DNA from: Oikopleura dioica
Taxonomy: Eukaryota > Animalia > Chordata
Assembly (NCBI GenBank): GCA_907165135.1
Contig: OU015567.1
Coordinates: 8,928,001-8,992,000 of the forward strand
Length of the DNA: 64,000 nucleotides
Direction of reading: 5' to 3'
A model generated the notes under the pieces. The model did no database searches. It saw nothing but the letters and a program-made list of their open reading frames with translations, and was not told the DNA's origin. Shown here piece by piece: positions 1 through 13,439 of this stretch (within the stretch, counting starts at the first letter, position 1; every line of letters begins with the position of its first letter). The translations under genes were made by a program, and so were the position numbers.

Positions 1-3000
1 ACGTGCCTCTATTACAGCTGATCGGATATCTGGAGATAGTCGCATTACAGAAGTGACCCTCAGGACATGGAAGAATGACAGATCCTATCTTGCATGCATC
101 TCCTGCGCCGCAATCAACAGCATTTGTTCCATCACACTCATAACCTGGCGGGCAAGCGGTAGGAAAACGCGATCCCGACGGACAGAATGATCCAACAGAG
201 CAACTTTCTTTAGAAATATCCGTGTTTCCACCTGCACAGTAGAAGCCGGCATCACAATCAAGAGCATTGGAAGTATCGATTGCTCCTTCTTCTGGACAAA
301 TTTTACCAGCAGGGCATGGGATGCAATCCTCAAGAGAACCTCCAGTCGTGTAGCTATTATAGGTTCCAGCAGGACAAAGAAGAGCTCCAGCGCTAGTACA
401 ATATTTTCCTTCTTCACAGTCTGTCACATTATCACCGCCATTACACTTGTAGCCTTTGTTACACGGAGAGCATTGAGTTGAACCGACTTCGATAGAAAAT
501 TGATTTTCTGGACATTCAAATGTAACTCCATTATTGCAAGCATTTCCTGCTGGGCAAGCTTCTTGAGCTTCAACTCTACTTCCCTCTGGGCAGTAGCTTC
601 CATCGCCACAATTCTCCAGGTTATCTGTTCCTTGACCTGGGATGTTGCAATAAGACCCTTCAGGACATGGTTTGCAATCATCGGCTTGAGCTGCTCCTTG
701 TGATGGGCCATATTTTCCAACAGGGCATAGATTTTGACCCCCAGGCGGATCTGAAATAGCACCATAACCAGGACAGTACTTTCCGTAAGGACATGTTTCT
801 CTGATCGATTTTCTCTGCCCGTTCGAGTCAGCATCTGCGTAGAAGCAAGTAAAACCGCTTTCACAGGGATCACAACTTGCTTGCCCTGGTCCAGAATAAT
901 GAATAGGCTCACATTCCAAATAGATTGAACTTCCGACGGGACATCTGAAACCTGTCGGACATTGTCTTTCAGTTCCTCTTGACGATCCTTTTGGACAGTA
1001 GTATCCTGGATTGCATACATACGATGAGCTTATGTCTGAAAAACTAGCAAGAGGTGGATCCCCATCAACGCGTTGTGGGCAATAATATCCCTCTGGACAA
1101 TCGTAGCATTCATCCGCTGATTTGAGTCCGAGACGATCAGTCCAAGTTCCTTCAGGACAATGCGCTTTTCCGACACCAGGCGCGCAGAAATATCCAGCTG
1201 GGCATCTCACAGTAGCATTCGCACAATCGTAGCCTGCCGGACACTGGCTATCAGCAGTCATTGCTTCATATGGACAATCTCCTGTACAATCGATGCAGTC
1301 ATTTTCAGTTTTGGCACCTTGAGATGGATTATAGGTTCCCGGAGGACATGGTTTTCGTTGATTTCCATCTTCACAGAAGTATCCAGCGGGACAGATAGCG
1401 GCATCATCGATGTATCTACCGGATGGCTGAGCAGCATCACCAAGCTGTGTGCAGAAGTATCCAGGCTCACATTCATTGGTTGTATTGAGTATGCCGGTTC
1501 GATCGCAGAAGTAACCTTCTGGGCAAGTAAAACAGTCCTCTTCGGTGACGCCATATTTAAGATCTCTGTAATAGCCAAGATTTGAGCTTCCACAAGTATT
1601 TTCTTCGCCGTTCTGACAGTATTTGCCTTCATCACAAGGCTCTGGAATAATTTGCTGATTATCACACATGAAAGCATCGGGGCAATCAATGCACTCGCTA
1701 GATCCTTCAGTTGGAGAATACGTTTTAGCATCGCATGCTTCTTTTTCTCCGGTGTTACTGCAGAAACTTCCCGGCGGACAAATGATTGAAGTTGCTTCGT
1801 AATTCGGCTGAGAATCAGGACAGTAGTAGCCGTCATCACAGATGCTTGAAGAACTTTGAGTTGTGCCGACACCTGGACAATATCGTCCATTACCACAGTT
1901 TTTACAGGCGACTGACTCATCTGATTGATTGAACTGGTCATTATATGTTCCCATATTACACGGTTGCGGGTAGACTTCAGTGGAATTACAGAAATGACCT
2001 TGTGGGCAGTCGGACTCATTACTTGTTGGAGCACAATAAGACCCATCAGGACATGTTGTCGGAGTTGATGGGTCCAAGCACTCCATGCCAGGAGGACAAA
2101 GTAAAGGCAGTGTTGAATTAGCAGGGCAGAATTCTCCAGCTACACAAGGTGTTTCGGAATCTGCTCGGAAACAGCTCGTTCCAGCAGAACACATTTGAGG
2201 TAAGAAATTAGTTCCACCTTCACAATAATGACCTGGACGGCATTTTTCGCAGGCATTTCTTGATGTTCCACGATTATTATCATTGAACTCTCCAGGACTG
2301 CATTCTTTTGGAGGTCGTCCTCTTTCACAGTAACTGTTATCAGCGCATTCATTGAGGGTGATTTTATCATTACAAGAAAATCCTTTCGGACATGAGAAAC
2401 AAGTGCTTGTTCCAGTGAAGGGACTGATGGTACCATCTCTGCAATCTGCTTCTGGCTGGCCGGATGAGCAATATTTTCCTTCTGCACAAATGTCTCCCTC
2501 TCCAATCCCAGGACAGGATGCGTCTGGAGCGGCATGATCTGATCCTGCGTTGCAATTATAACCAGCCTCGCAACGGGATGAGCTAGAAAGACCGATTGTG
2601 TTGCAGTATTTTCCAGCCTCACATGTTTTGCATGTAGCACTTGTAAGAGCACCTGATGCTGCATCGTGATATGTTCCTGGATCACAAGGAACAGGGTAAA
2701 TATAATCAGGAAGAAGAGTTTGTTCGGCGCAGAACCAACCGTCATTGCAGTTTTCTGGGCTTGTTCGTCCAAGATCGGAAAATGGACAATCTTGGCCAAT
2801 ACCGCAAGCAATGCAACTATCCTTTCCAAAATCAGGTTGATAAGTACCTTCAGGACACGGTATGTACATTGACATTTCTTGTGTCGGACAGTAGTGACCT
2901 TCAGGACATTCGAATTGCTCTCCATCAATACAATAAAAGCCAGCTGGGCAAGATTGCAAGTCATTGTAATCGCTAAGTGGATCCGTGGTCCATTCACAAA

Positions 3001-3519
3001 GCTTTCCTGCTGGACACAGTTGACATTCTTCTTGACTGGTTAGTCGTTCTCTATCAGACCAAGTTCCTTGAGGACAAGGATTGATATCACCTCTGCTCTG
3101 CAACTCTAGACAGTAATAACCGGCTGGACAGGGTTCTTCTCGTGTTGATGTACTGTCTGCAGGACAGTAATAACCAGCTTCACATGCCTTATCTGCAGCG
3201 GTGTTACCATATCCGGGACAGGCGTAGCCCTCTGTGCATGGGAGGCAGTCTGTGTCGGCATCTTTTCTTTCGAATTGATTATAAGTTCCCGGTTCACAAG
3301 CAACTGGATAAGGAGATCCTACAGGGCAATAATAGCCTTTGGGGCATTCATATTCGACGTTGGTTTGTTGAGATTGGCCGTCAGGACAGTAGTAACCAGC
3401 GGTGCATGCTGTTTTATGAGAAGCATCGATTTTGCCACTACCAGAACAAGCAAATCCGGCTGGGCATAAAACACATTCATCAGCGGACGCGAAGGGGCCG
3501 TTTTCTTCAGGCCCATATG
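1..3519 (-). CDS. Giant Cys-rich repeat protein, 3' part after the insertion; runs off the window edge
   Basis: Removing 3520-5061 plus one TSD gives ...EGTYGPEENGPFASADECVLCPAGFAC.... The same frame (codon starts = 1 mod 3) is seen at the window edge (...CPEGHFCNATISRYPISCNRGT). It is absent from the ORF track, consistent with no stop inside the window. Confidence 0.85.
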
Positions 3520-3895
3520 CAGGGATCCGAGATTTTGTCGTCTGGACGATCGCGCACCTAGCGCTTCTCTTCAGCGCGCGATAATGATTTTCGCTGCTAG
3601 GCGCGCAGCGCGAAAAATTCCCATCGGCGGGCTGGATTAGTCAAAAATATGCCGATGGGTTCCCTGCGCCCTCGCGCTTCAAGAGCGATGATTTTTCATC
3701 GCGGTGGGCCCGAGAGCGCGATAACTTATTTTCGGTCACCCTGGCTGCGCGCGACATTATATTTTCGCCCATGAAAATTTGAACATGGGGGGACCCCTTG
3801 ATACTCGATAAAACACTGTGATTTTGGAGTAAGCTACACGATTAAACGATGGCGCGTGGTGTTTAGCCAAAATTTGAAGGAGAAAAAAACATTTA

Positions 3896-4282
3896 CAGTC
3901 GGAGTCCAAAATAAGGGACACCAAGATAAGGGACTTTTTGGCTCAAAATGCCGAAAATAACCGGCAGAAAATAATCTAATTTAAGGGACTTTCTGAGATT
4001 AGTAAGCTTTTCGGTTAGTTGAGAGCCGATAAGTAGTATCAATAATTTTGATTTTAACCAGTTATGCCGCAAACTGAAGTGATTTGTCTTTCAGTATTTG
4101 GTTTCTTCTTTCAAAAATACCATCAAAGCCACAAAAAACAATGAATTTAGCTCATTTGGCCGCAAAAAATATACTCTGAAAAAATTTTGCAGCGACATAT
4201 TTTTTGCTTTGATGACCCAATTTAAGGGACTTTTTTTGAAAATTTTGGAGCAAAAAAAGTCCCTTATTTTGGACTCCGACTG
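3896..4282. mobile_element. Tc1/mariner-type MITE (387 bp) nested in the hAT element
   Basis: 24-bp TIR CAGTCGGAGTCCAAAATAAGGGAC, TA on both flanks (3894-95, 4283-84), internal AAGGGAC repeats. Confidence 0.9.
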
Positions 4283-4781
4283 TATAAGGAGATTTCGATA
4301 TATTCAATATAATTTTTATGAAATTTTCGAAATCTGCATGTTCAAAAGCCAATAAAAAGATATTTTTCAGTCAGAAATTGGCTTAACATCAGAATCCAAT
4401 TACTGTAAAAATTTTTCTTTTGAAAAATAGTCAGATTTTACGGATATTTCCGATGCCAAGCGCCACTGTCAGCGATTAGCACAACTTATTTGTAGGCAAC
4501 GTTGCGGGAGGTTAGTACAAATTTGCATTTTGTTTGTCGGCTCTCTTATGAGGAGATGAACAACTTAGTCGAATTTAAGTGTTAACAATTGTTAGGCATT
4601 TATGTGACATCCATAAATTGAATTTTCAAAAAAATCTGTCAACTAAGTCAGCAATCTCACGCTGATCATTTGATTCGTGCGCCGACTAGGTCGGCAAAAT
4701 GGAAACCAAGCGCCACCATCGCACTCCCGCTCGGCAGATTTTCGACCCTTTTGAAGCGTGTGAGTATTATTTATCGGCTTC

Positions 4782-4978
4782 ATAGGGCTGCGCGATCGAA
4801 AGTCATCGCCCCCACGCCGAGAGAGCGAGTTTATACCATCGCGCTTGAACGCTGCGCATTTGAGCGCGCGAGTATTTTTGTCGGCCTGATAGGGCTGCGC
4901 GATCGAAATTCATCGCCCCATCACCGAGAGAGCGAGTTTTTGCTATCGCGCCTAAACGCTGCGCATTTGAGCGCGCGA
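4782..4978 (+). repeat. Two-copy ~107-bp subterminal tandem repeat in the hAT element
   Basis: ATAGGGCTGCGCGATCGAA...TTTGAGCGCGCGA starts at both 4782 and 4889. Confidence 0.85.
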
Positions 4979-5061
4979 TCGGAATTTTAGCTCCTGCGCG
5001 ATAACTCAAATCGCGCCTGAAAAGTGGGCGATCGTCCAGACGACAAAATCTCGGATCCCTG

Positions 5062-8000
5062 CCCATATGTTCCTTCGGGACAAAGTTCTTGAGTCAAAGT
5101 TGAAGACCCGCTTGAGCAGTATTTTCCTGCCGGACATTTCTCTGGTTCAGTTTGATTGTTGTCGCAAAAGTATCTCTCTGGGCAAGTATTACAGATCGAT
5201 TTGCCGTCCTCTGTTTGAAATTCGCCAGCTTGACAGTTATTTTCACTTCCATCGCTACAAGAGCTACCAGCAGGACATCTTTTGAGCTTATCTGTATAGC
5301 TTGCTTCTTCACAAATGAAACCCTTAGAGCATTGAACTCCTCCACCGCTGTTGTCGATCTTTACTCTATCTGCTGGGCAGTATGTCTTTTCAGGACACTT
5401 TGAACAGTCGTTAACAGTTTGTCCTTGTTGTTGAGATCGCCAGTATCCTTCAGGGCACTCGATAGCAATCGGTGTGCCGGCTTCACAATAGGCACCGGTA
5501 GGGCAAGGTTCCCCTTGATCATCTACTGATCCGGCGCCACAAAGAGCTCCAGCACTACAGTCGGAGTAAATTTCAACATTCGATTCGCAGTATTTTCCAG
5601 GTGGACACTGAAGCTCTGTTTCAGATCCTTCAGGACAGTAATGACCCTCTGTGCACGGCTCAGTTTCACTTGAGCCAAGAAGACAGAAGCTGCCGCCAGG
5701 GCAAACTGTCACATTAAAAGTCGTCATTCCGGAGTCGGCACAAACAAACCCAGGTTCACAAGGAACACAATCCTCATCAGAGAGCATTATTCCGCCAAAA
5801 TATGTGCCTGGTTGACAATCACCATTTGGCTCAGCAAGTTCGGCAACAGCACAGTATTGGCCGGGAGAACATGGATAAGCGTCAATTTGTCCAGTTTCAT
5901 TTTGAAAATAACCAGCTACTGTCTTTGAACAGTCAATAGTTCCTTCTATCGCAGTAAATGTTCCTACACTGCAGCTTTGCGCAAGTCCAGCTTTGCAATA
6001 TTCTCCTGGTTGACACTGCAACCCAACAGGAACTGGAGAGTCTATGCCAGAACCATCACAGTGGTAGCCATTCGAGCATTCTTTCGCGTCGGATAAAGTT
6101 GTGGCAAGCAATGGGCAATAAAGACCTTCAGGACAGTTATCACAGGATCCTGAAGATGTGCCTCGTTTTCCGTCGTTATATTTTCCAGGCTCACATGGCT
6201 GTGGATTTGGTTTCGTTGGATCACCCTCGCAATAGTACCCCTTTGGACACTGCCCACATCTGTCTTGATAAATTGGATCATTTCGACTAGGCAAATCGTC
6301 ACTTAATGGATTACAGCTTCTGGTGTCGATTGGTGATGCCGACGCCGCTGCAGATCTTGAAAAATAGCCAGGAGAAATATCCGATCTGATATTGTTATTG
6401 CAAGACTTTCCATGCTCACAAACGCTACATTGCGAAAAGTCACTAAATCCAGTTTTTCCAGTGGCACCGTATGTTCCACCAAGACAGGTTGTTTGAGATG
6501 CAGTTGGATTATCAACCGATGGTGGTCCTAGGCAAACAGTTCCTTCGTCACAAGCAGTTGGCTCAGTTAGATTTGTGGTCGGACACTTGAATCCATTAGG
6601 ACAAAGCAAGCACTCACTTCGACCGATTTCGTCATTGAAAAACGCTAGATTGCATTGTTCTTTTAGTCCATCGGTGCAAAACGAGCCCGCATCACATTCA
6701 TCACCGGGCTGATCTCCGTCGCGTGTGAAATCATCAGGGAACGGATTTGGTCGCATCGCTAGTTTATCACAATAAAAACCGTCAGCGCAGGTCCCTGTTG
6801 AAGAATCTTGTCCTCTGCCTTCGCAATATTCTCCAGGCAAGCAGTCCAAGCATTTATCTTTGCTGTCTAAGCCTGTTATTGGATTGTATGTTCCGTAATC
6901 GCACTCATAAAGTTGCGTAGCTCCTACAGGGCAATAATGACCTACTGTGCATTTCTTTCCAGTAGTATCGGCAGTGACACTGTTTTCGTCAGCTCCAGGG
7001 TTAGGAACATTTGCGCCGGATTCACAGACAAAACCGCCGTTGCAACTCCGATCATTACTGTCAATGATATCAAGAGCAACTTCATCGCAGTAGTGGCCTC
7101 TTGGACAGAAGACACACATTGCATCTGTCGATGCTCCTTTCTGTGAAAGATATTTTCCAACTCCACAGTGATGCTCTGGCTCGATTTGACTGATTGTTCC
7201 GATGGATCCGAGTTTTGTTGAAATTTCACCGACGCCGTTAGAAATGTAGCAGTGATAGCCAGCATCGCATAAGATTGGCTCAAGCATTCCTAGACTTGGG
7301 CATTGAAAACCAGGGGGACAAGGCAAGCAAAATTCTTTTCGATCTTGAGGTTGATAGGTTCCACGAGGACAAGGAATTGGAAGATCTGATGCTTCTGGAC
7401 AGTAGTGTCCCTGTGGGCAAGGATCTTGACACTCGTGATAAGCACCTTTGTCGGGTGATTCTGGCGTTGCACCTTCACAATAACACCCTGCGATACATGC
7501 ACCAGTTACAGAGGGCTTTCCTGGCTCGGAACAGTAGTATCCTGGCGTGCAAACTTCACAATCACTGGCGTCAACTTGTTCTGTGGAGTTTGAGAAGGTT
7601 CCTGGTGGGCAACCCCAGGGTTCGTAAGTACCAGCTGGGCAGTAACCACCTTGTGGGCAAACATATCCTCCCTCTGCTACAACTTTTGGATTAGAAACAG
7701 AAGCTCCAGGGCTTGTTCCTGGACAGACGTAACCAGGATCACAAGGGCCTCGAGGTTGTAAGAGTCCAACTGAATCGCAGTAATATCCCTTTGTACAGTC
7801 GGTGCACTCGTCTGCTTTTACTAGATATAATTTTTCACCAAATGTTCCAACTGGGCATGGAACAGGCTCTCCGACAGCTGCTGGGCAGTAAAACCCAAGA
7901 GGACACGCAATCATTTCTGGGGATCCTTGAGGACAATAATATCCTTCTTCGCAAAAGTTACAATCATCTTGTGTTTCGCCACCACGTTCATCTAAATATG

Positions 8001-11000
8001 TTCCAGGCTTACATGGGACTTGTTGGGGTCCATATGATCCGATAATATCAGGTCCGTAAGTCATGTTACTGGTACCAGTTGCGGATGTTTTATACGGATT
8101 TTCGATGTCATCCGGGCAATAGAAACCCTTGTCGCAAAGAAAATTTGTATTGTAGTACCACGATGCCTCCTGGCAAAAATAGCCAGCTGGACATTTTTTA
8201 CAATCAGAATTTCCAGAAGAATCTCTTAGTATGAATTTGCCCTTTTCTGACTGAATTGTTCCTGGAGGACATGCGATGGGTTCTTCGATGTTATCTGGGC
8301 AAACAAAGCCTCGTTCGCATTCAAAAGTGTCGTTTTGATCAATTGTCCCTTCTTCACAAATCCGACCACCAGTGCAAAACTGATTAAGCATTGTCTCAAA
8401 AGATGTTCCAGGATCGATGCAGTAGTATCCTTCCCAGCAAATTTCACAAGAAGACCAACCTTCTTTGCTATAGAATCCAGGCGGGCAATCTGCAGGAAAG
8501 ACTGTCCCAGCGCCACAGAATTGTCCAGCAGTACAAGTTTCGCAGTCACTCTTTGCCGTATTTCCAGTCGTATTATAGTACGTTCCGAATGGACATGGCA
8601 CTGGTTGAGCAACCCCTTGCTCGCAGAAATTTCCAGCGTCACAGGGTAGACACGCATTTTCATCTACCTGTAGAAAGTGTGGTTGATAAGTTCCGGCGTC
8701 ACATGGGTTTTCATTTTTTGATTGCGTTCCGGCAGGACAGTAATGACCCGGTGGACAAGGACCAGTCGGGACACTTGAGCCGAATAAGCAATAATATCCT
8801 TTTGGGCATATTGTGCAGTCAGTAGCGTCTTCCAAGCTTGCATTTGTAGAATAAGTTCCAGCCGGGCAGGGAAAAAGACTTCCATGAGTTGAGCCTTCAG
8901 GACAGTAGTATCCAGGGTTGCAGTCCATTCGCACAGCTGCTACTTTCGATGTCATATCCTGGGGAGACTCAAAACCAGTGGCAACTGGACAGTAGAACCC
9001 AGCTGAGCAGGCTTTACAGTCTTCGACCTTCGTCATTCCAGTTGAAAACTGTTGAGTACCCGCTGGGCATGGATATTGATTTTCTGAAACAGTTCCTTTT
9101 GGACAATAATGACCTTCTGGGCAAATATTCAAAGCACTTGCGGCCTTAACGATAGCGGGTTCAGGACAATACCTCCCTTCCTCGCATGGATGACATTCCC
9201 CTTCATCTGAAAAACCGGTTTCACCAGGAAGTACATAAGTTCCTGCTGGACAAGGAATTTGTCTAGTTGCAGGATAATTTTCAGAACCGGCTGGACAATA
9301 ATATCCAGCCGCGCAAAGAGTGCAAGAACTAGGATTCTGGGTGGGGTTTAATCCATTGCCAGTGACATAATATCCAGCGGGACATTTTTCACGGAAGCCG
9401 ATTTTCTCTCCTTGTTCACAGAAAAAACCATGGGGACAAGGTTGCTCTATCGTTGATCCTGCGGGACACCATTTTCCTTGGCTACATTCACTACAATCTG
9501 ATTCATTTTTTCCTCCAGTTGTCGTTCTCATAGTTCCTGGTGGGCACGGATGAGCTCGGCATGATGAATTTTCGTCATCAGGACAAAAATATCCTGCTGG
9601 GCAATCGTCTCTTGTTGTCGAGCCTTCTTTTTCAGTACAAAATCCTTTTCCAGCTTTCAAGCAATTTTTCCTCGATGTCAAAGAAGGAGTGCTCGAATAT
9701 GTACCAGCAGGACAAGGAGTCTCGAAATAAGACCCTTCAGGACAATAATTACCCGGAGTACAAGGGGTACCGTTTTCTACGCCAGTCTCACAAAACTGAC
9801 CCGCGGGACAGAATTTACATTCGGACCCGGAGTCAGGAATCATACCCAACGGACAAAAGAGAGGTGCATCAGTATTTCCTGGGCAATAGCGATCAGTTGG
9901 ACACGCAACACATGCTCCGTTAGCATCTCGGTACTGTCCTGGACTGCAGTATATTATATTTCCACTTGAATCACATGATACGCCAAAACCACATTTCGTA
10001 CAATGAAGCTCGCCTTCTTGGGAATATTGTCCAGTTGGACATGGATCTTTCTTCGTCTGGTCAGTGCAATAATGACCAGCTGGACAGACCGTGCAAACCG
10101 CCGCGCCAGCAACAGAATAATGTCCATCAGGGCATCTTATTTGACTCGTTTCGGTGGTATCAGGACAGTAATAGCCAGCTTTGCATGAGCGGCATAAGTG
10201 ATCTCCAACAGAACTGTACGTTCCAGGCGTGCATTTAGTAAGAACACCTTGCAGAGTACATGCAAATCCAGCAGGACATGGTTGGCAAAAAGCTTGGCCT
10301 CCTTTGGAAAAAGTCCCTTGTTTGCAAGCTTGTTCCACATTCGGATGCGGGCACTCAGAACCTGCAGCACAGGGAGTGCATGCACCTCCTCCTGTGGATT
10401 TTTCACCAATCGGACACGGTACTGGAGATCCAGAGCTGCAGTCAGATCCAGAAGGACAAGGCAAACAAAAAGTGCCATCAATGTATCCATTGGGGCAACT
10501 AACACAAGCACTTTGATCTGTATTCGGCACTTTACCATTACCACAGGAACTGCAAGACGCTGCACCAGCAGCAGCGACTTGATTATCTGCGCATCGTGTG
10601 TAAGTGTTCGAATCGCAAGAATGACCAGCAGGACAGCTTTGACAACCGCCACTATCAGTAATGTACTCATCATCATTGCATTGGACCGCTCTTCTTGATC
10701 GATGATGATCATGACCTGGTGGAAACTCACATTCTTCGACTCCATGAAGACCTAGAGCATCATCAGGACACTCGAGGACAAGATGAGGTTCTGGACAGAA
10801 ATGTTTCACGGGACAAATTAAGCATTCTCCTGAATTGTGCGTGGAATAAAAGCCTCTGTCGCATTTTTTCATCCATTCTCCAACACATTTGTAACCAGCT
10901 GGGCAAAATTTGTGATTATTGAAGTCCCATCCCAAGCCAGGAGGGGGACCTCTTATCTTTTCCTTTCTTCCGTTTTTGCATCTTATTCAACTTTATTCAA

Positions 11001-11157
11001 AGAAAAAATAAGGCTCTACTCACTTGAATCCTTCAGGACAAGGGACGCATTCAAGAGTTTTAATGTTTATAATTTCATCTTCTTTGCAAAGATCCATCAG
11101 ATTTCTCGCTGCTTGACCAGAGTCAAAAAGCAGCAAGATAATCCCTAGCCTTCCCAT
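5062..11157 (-). CDS. Giant secreted cysteine-rich repeat protein (GCC2/GCC3, ephrin-receptor-like CPxGxYC repeats), 5' part up to the transposon insertion
   Basis: ATG 11157 gives a signal peptide (MGRLGIILLLFDSGQA). A 42-nt GT-AG intron lies at 11023-10982, followed by the ORF 10935-4987 with dozens of CPxG(Y/F/H)(Y/F)C repeats. Furin-like RSRR at 10690-10701. Confidence 0.9.
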
Positions 11158-11613
11158 TTTGCTTTATTTCGGGAAGAGGGTTTCTCTCGTTTGAAAAATC
11201 TCTTTTAATTCTTTGATTTTTTTCTTATTGAAGACGTCTGTTTGAAAAGAGAGAGTAGGAATAGTTTTTCTTTGTTGCTAGGCAGTTCTATTTGTCGATG
11301 AATTCGAAATAATAGGGAACCGTCGAGAAAGAAGGTAATTATCAAATAAAAGAATTTCTGCGCAAACAGATAGATGCAGATCATTGTCGAGTTGTTTATC
11401 AAGTTCTCACTTATGCTTCTGATTGTTTCCTGCAGTGAAATCAAGGAAGATTCTGGTGCAAATAAATTTTATTAGAAATCTCTTTTGCATTTTGAGCGAA
11501 TAGGTAAAAGGTTGAAAGACAGAATTATGAAAGAAAATGTTCTTTTGAGCACTTAGTTGATTGGCAGCGGCACTCCCTTGGACTTGTACTCGTTCACCTA
11601 GTAATCAAGTTTA

Positions 11614-12043
11614 TCAATTACAGTCTCGGACCGAATTTCTCACCAGGCGGGACTCTTGGGATCCCTCTCGTGGAGTGAGCCTCAACCACGTGTACACCAG
11701 TTCGGATTCGCGCATCCCGAAGAAAGTATCATATCCACCTCTGTACTCGTCATCAGCAAAAATCTTTCAAAAAAATAGAAATAAAAGATTGAAAAATTTC
11801 AGTACCTGTGGAGCTAGAATTGGAGGTTGAACTGTATCGGGAATCTTTTCAAGCATTCTTTTTCTGTTGCTTGGTCCTCCAGCGAGGTCGATTACTGTAT
11901 GTTCTATCTAAAGATATTTTAGTCAATTGATAAATATAGGTTTCATATCCTACCTTTTGACCTTGAAGATACATAATAATCTCATCACACTTCTTTTTCA
12001 TCGATAAATTAGCACTCAAACTTGTCGTGTAAACCGTAATCAT
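11614..12043 (-). CDS. SH3BGRL: SH3 domain-binding glutamic acid-rich-like protein (thioredoxin fold)
   Basis: Spliced by hand over 2 GT-AG introns: MITVYTTSLSANLSMKKKCDEIIMYLQGQKIEHTVIDLAGGPSNRKRMLEKIPDTVQPPILAPQIFADDEYRGGYDTFFGMRESELVYTWL..., matching the SH3BGR motifs (KKKQQDV, PPQIF..Y.GDYDAF). Upstream exons in 12050-12600 are possible. Confidence 0.85.
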
Positions 12044-12825
12044 TCTAAAACACAATCGATTATTTCTCTTTCTTAGCAATAAAATTTTTGAATATCCAAA
12101 TTATTTGAAATTTGGTTCTCTTGGAATTTGCTCAGTGATTCATCGACAATATCTTCTGAAGAGGGTCTCGCTCTTCTCGTTTAGAGCTTACAAAATATGT
12201 AACATGGGTGCTATTGTTTGTCCCTCGACAGGTGTTTCTCTGAATAATCTATCTGAAGCGCTGTTTTTTTCTGAAAAAATAAGTAGCTTATTCTTTCGAG
12301 GAAATGAACCGAGCGCTCGTTTGAGGATTTATAATTAGCGGGAGCTTTTTTTCTCAACTTGAATTCATTCAACCGGCTTAAATATCTTAAAGACCCTGAA
12401 GCAAAAACTTAACAAGAAGAGGGACGACGTTAAAAACGGAAATTACTCAGCCCTGAATATATTTCGTCTTGATGGCAATTTTCGAAGACAAATTGATAAA
12501 AATTCAAGTGTCTGCACAAAATGTTAATGTTCTCATAAATTAGCTGCCCATTAACATCTGGCATCAATAAATAATCGTTAATTTTTTGCCTTCCTTTCAA
12601 ACCACAATCACCAGTTTGAGCTTTTTTTTTTTTGAAAGAACTAAGCGAAAATTAATTCGTTTTTAAATCACTGTCTAAAATTGAATGGGACGGCCCCGGT
12701 ACCGGCGAAATTTCCGGCGGTATTGGATGGCGGACGTGCGCAATTACGAGTCTAATTGCATGTCGAATTGGCGTTAAATTCGCTTCGGTCCTCATTCTTC
12801 TTCTCAGTGCATGGGAAAGAGGCTC

Positions 12826-12866
12826 TTTCCCCGTCCCAGCTCTTTCAAAGAGCTGGGACGGGGAAA
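12826..12866. repeat. Perfect 20-bp-arm palindrome in a GC-rich intergenic island
   Basis: TTTCCCCGTCCCAGCTCTTT-C-AAAGAGCTGGGACGGGGAAA. Confidence 0.9.
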
Positions 12867-13439
12867 ATCGCTGCTCGGTGGTGGTGGAGGAGCCTAGGCC
12901 GCGGGGCATCTCAGCGCTACCGCCGCCCTCGTCCAGCCTCGGCCCGGCCGCCAATCACGCCGAGCCTAACTACCTGAATAGACCGTAAAACATAAGCAAA
13001 ACATTTATGAATGAGAGAGATGCGATCTCTGAGAAGACCAAGGAAGGATAACATCGATAAATTTCAGCTGAAATCATAGAGGAGTACCCTAATCAAGAGG
13101 AGAAAAGCGCCTGTCAAATGTTACGAAGGCTAAGAAAGGTCAATCTGGTTAGTTTTTTCCTTCAGTTTCTGTTTCAAAACGCTAAAGGATGATAAAAAAA
13201 CCGAACAAAGGTTTTCAGAAATCATGATTCGTAATAGCCAATAATTTAGCTCATTCAAATAGGTCTTATGCTCCAGAAACAAGAAAAACTTAGCCAGTGA
13301 AAAATAAACACATGAAATTAATGGTCGTTAAATAATCTGGTTTCTCATCGTTTTCTTCTTTTCGGAAGAAGATTTATTAGCCAGGCGCTAATCGTTTACG
13401 GTACCGAATGAAGAGAGAACGTTTTTCGCGAAATCAAAA

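Larger units (their letters stand above)
3520..5061. mobile_element. Non-autonomous hAT-type element (1542 bp) inserted in a coding exon
   Basis: Perfect 34-bp TIR CAGGGATCCGAGATTTTGTCGTCTGGACGATCGC (3520-3553 / 5028-5061). 8-bp TSD CCCATATG (3512-3519 / 5062-5069). No transposase ORF. Confidence 0.95.

Noticed and set aside
85-10745. Many overlapping 60-285-aa ORFs on both strands in the track
   Set aside because: They are shadow frames of the giant Cys-repeat CDS, with no independent motifs.
13000-13150. Exon-like stretch upstream of the B4GAT1-like gene
   Set aside because: It cannot be joined in frame to a start codon or to downstream exons with plausible introns.
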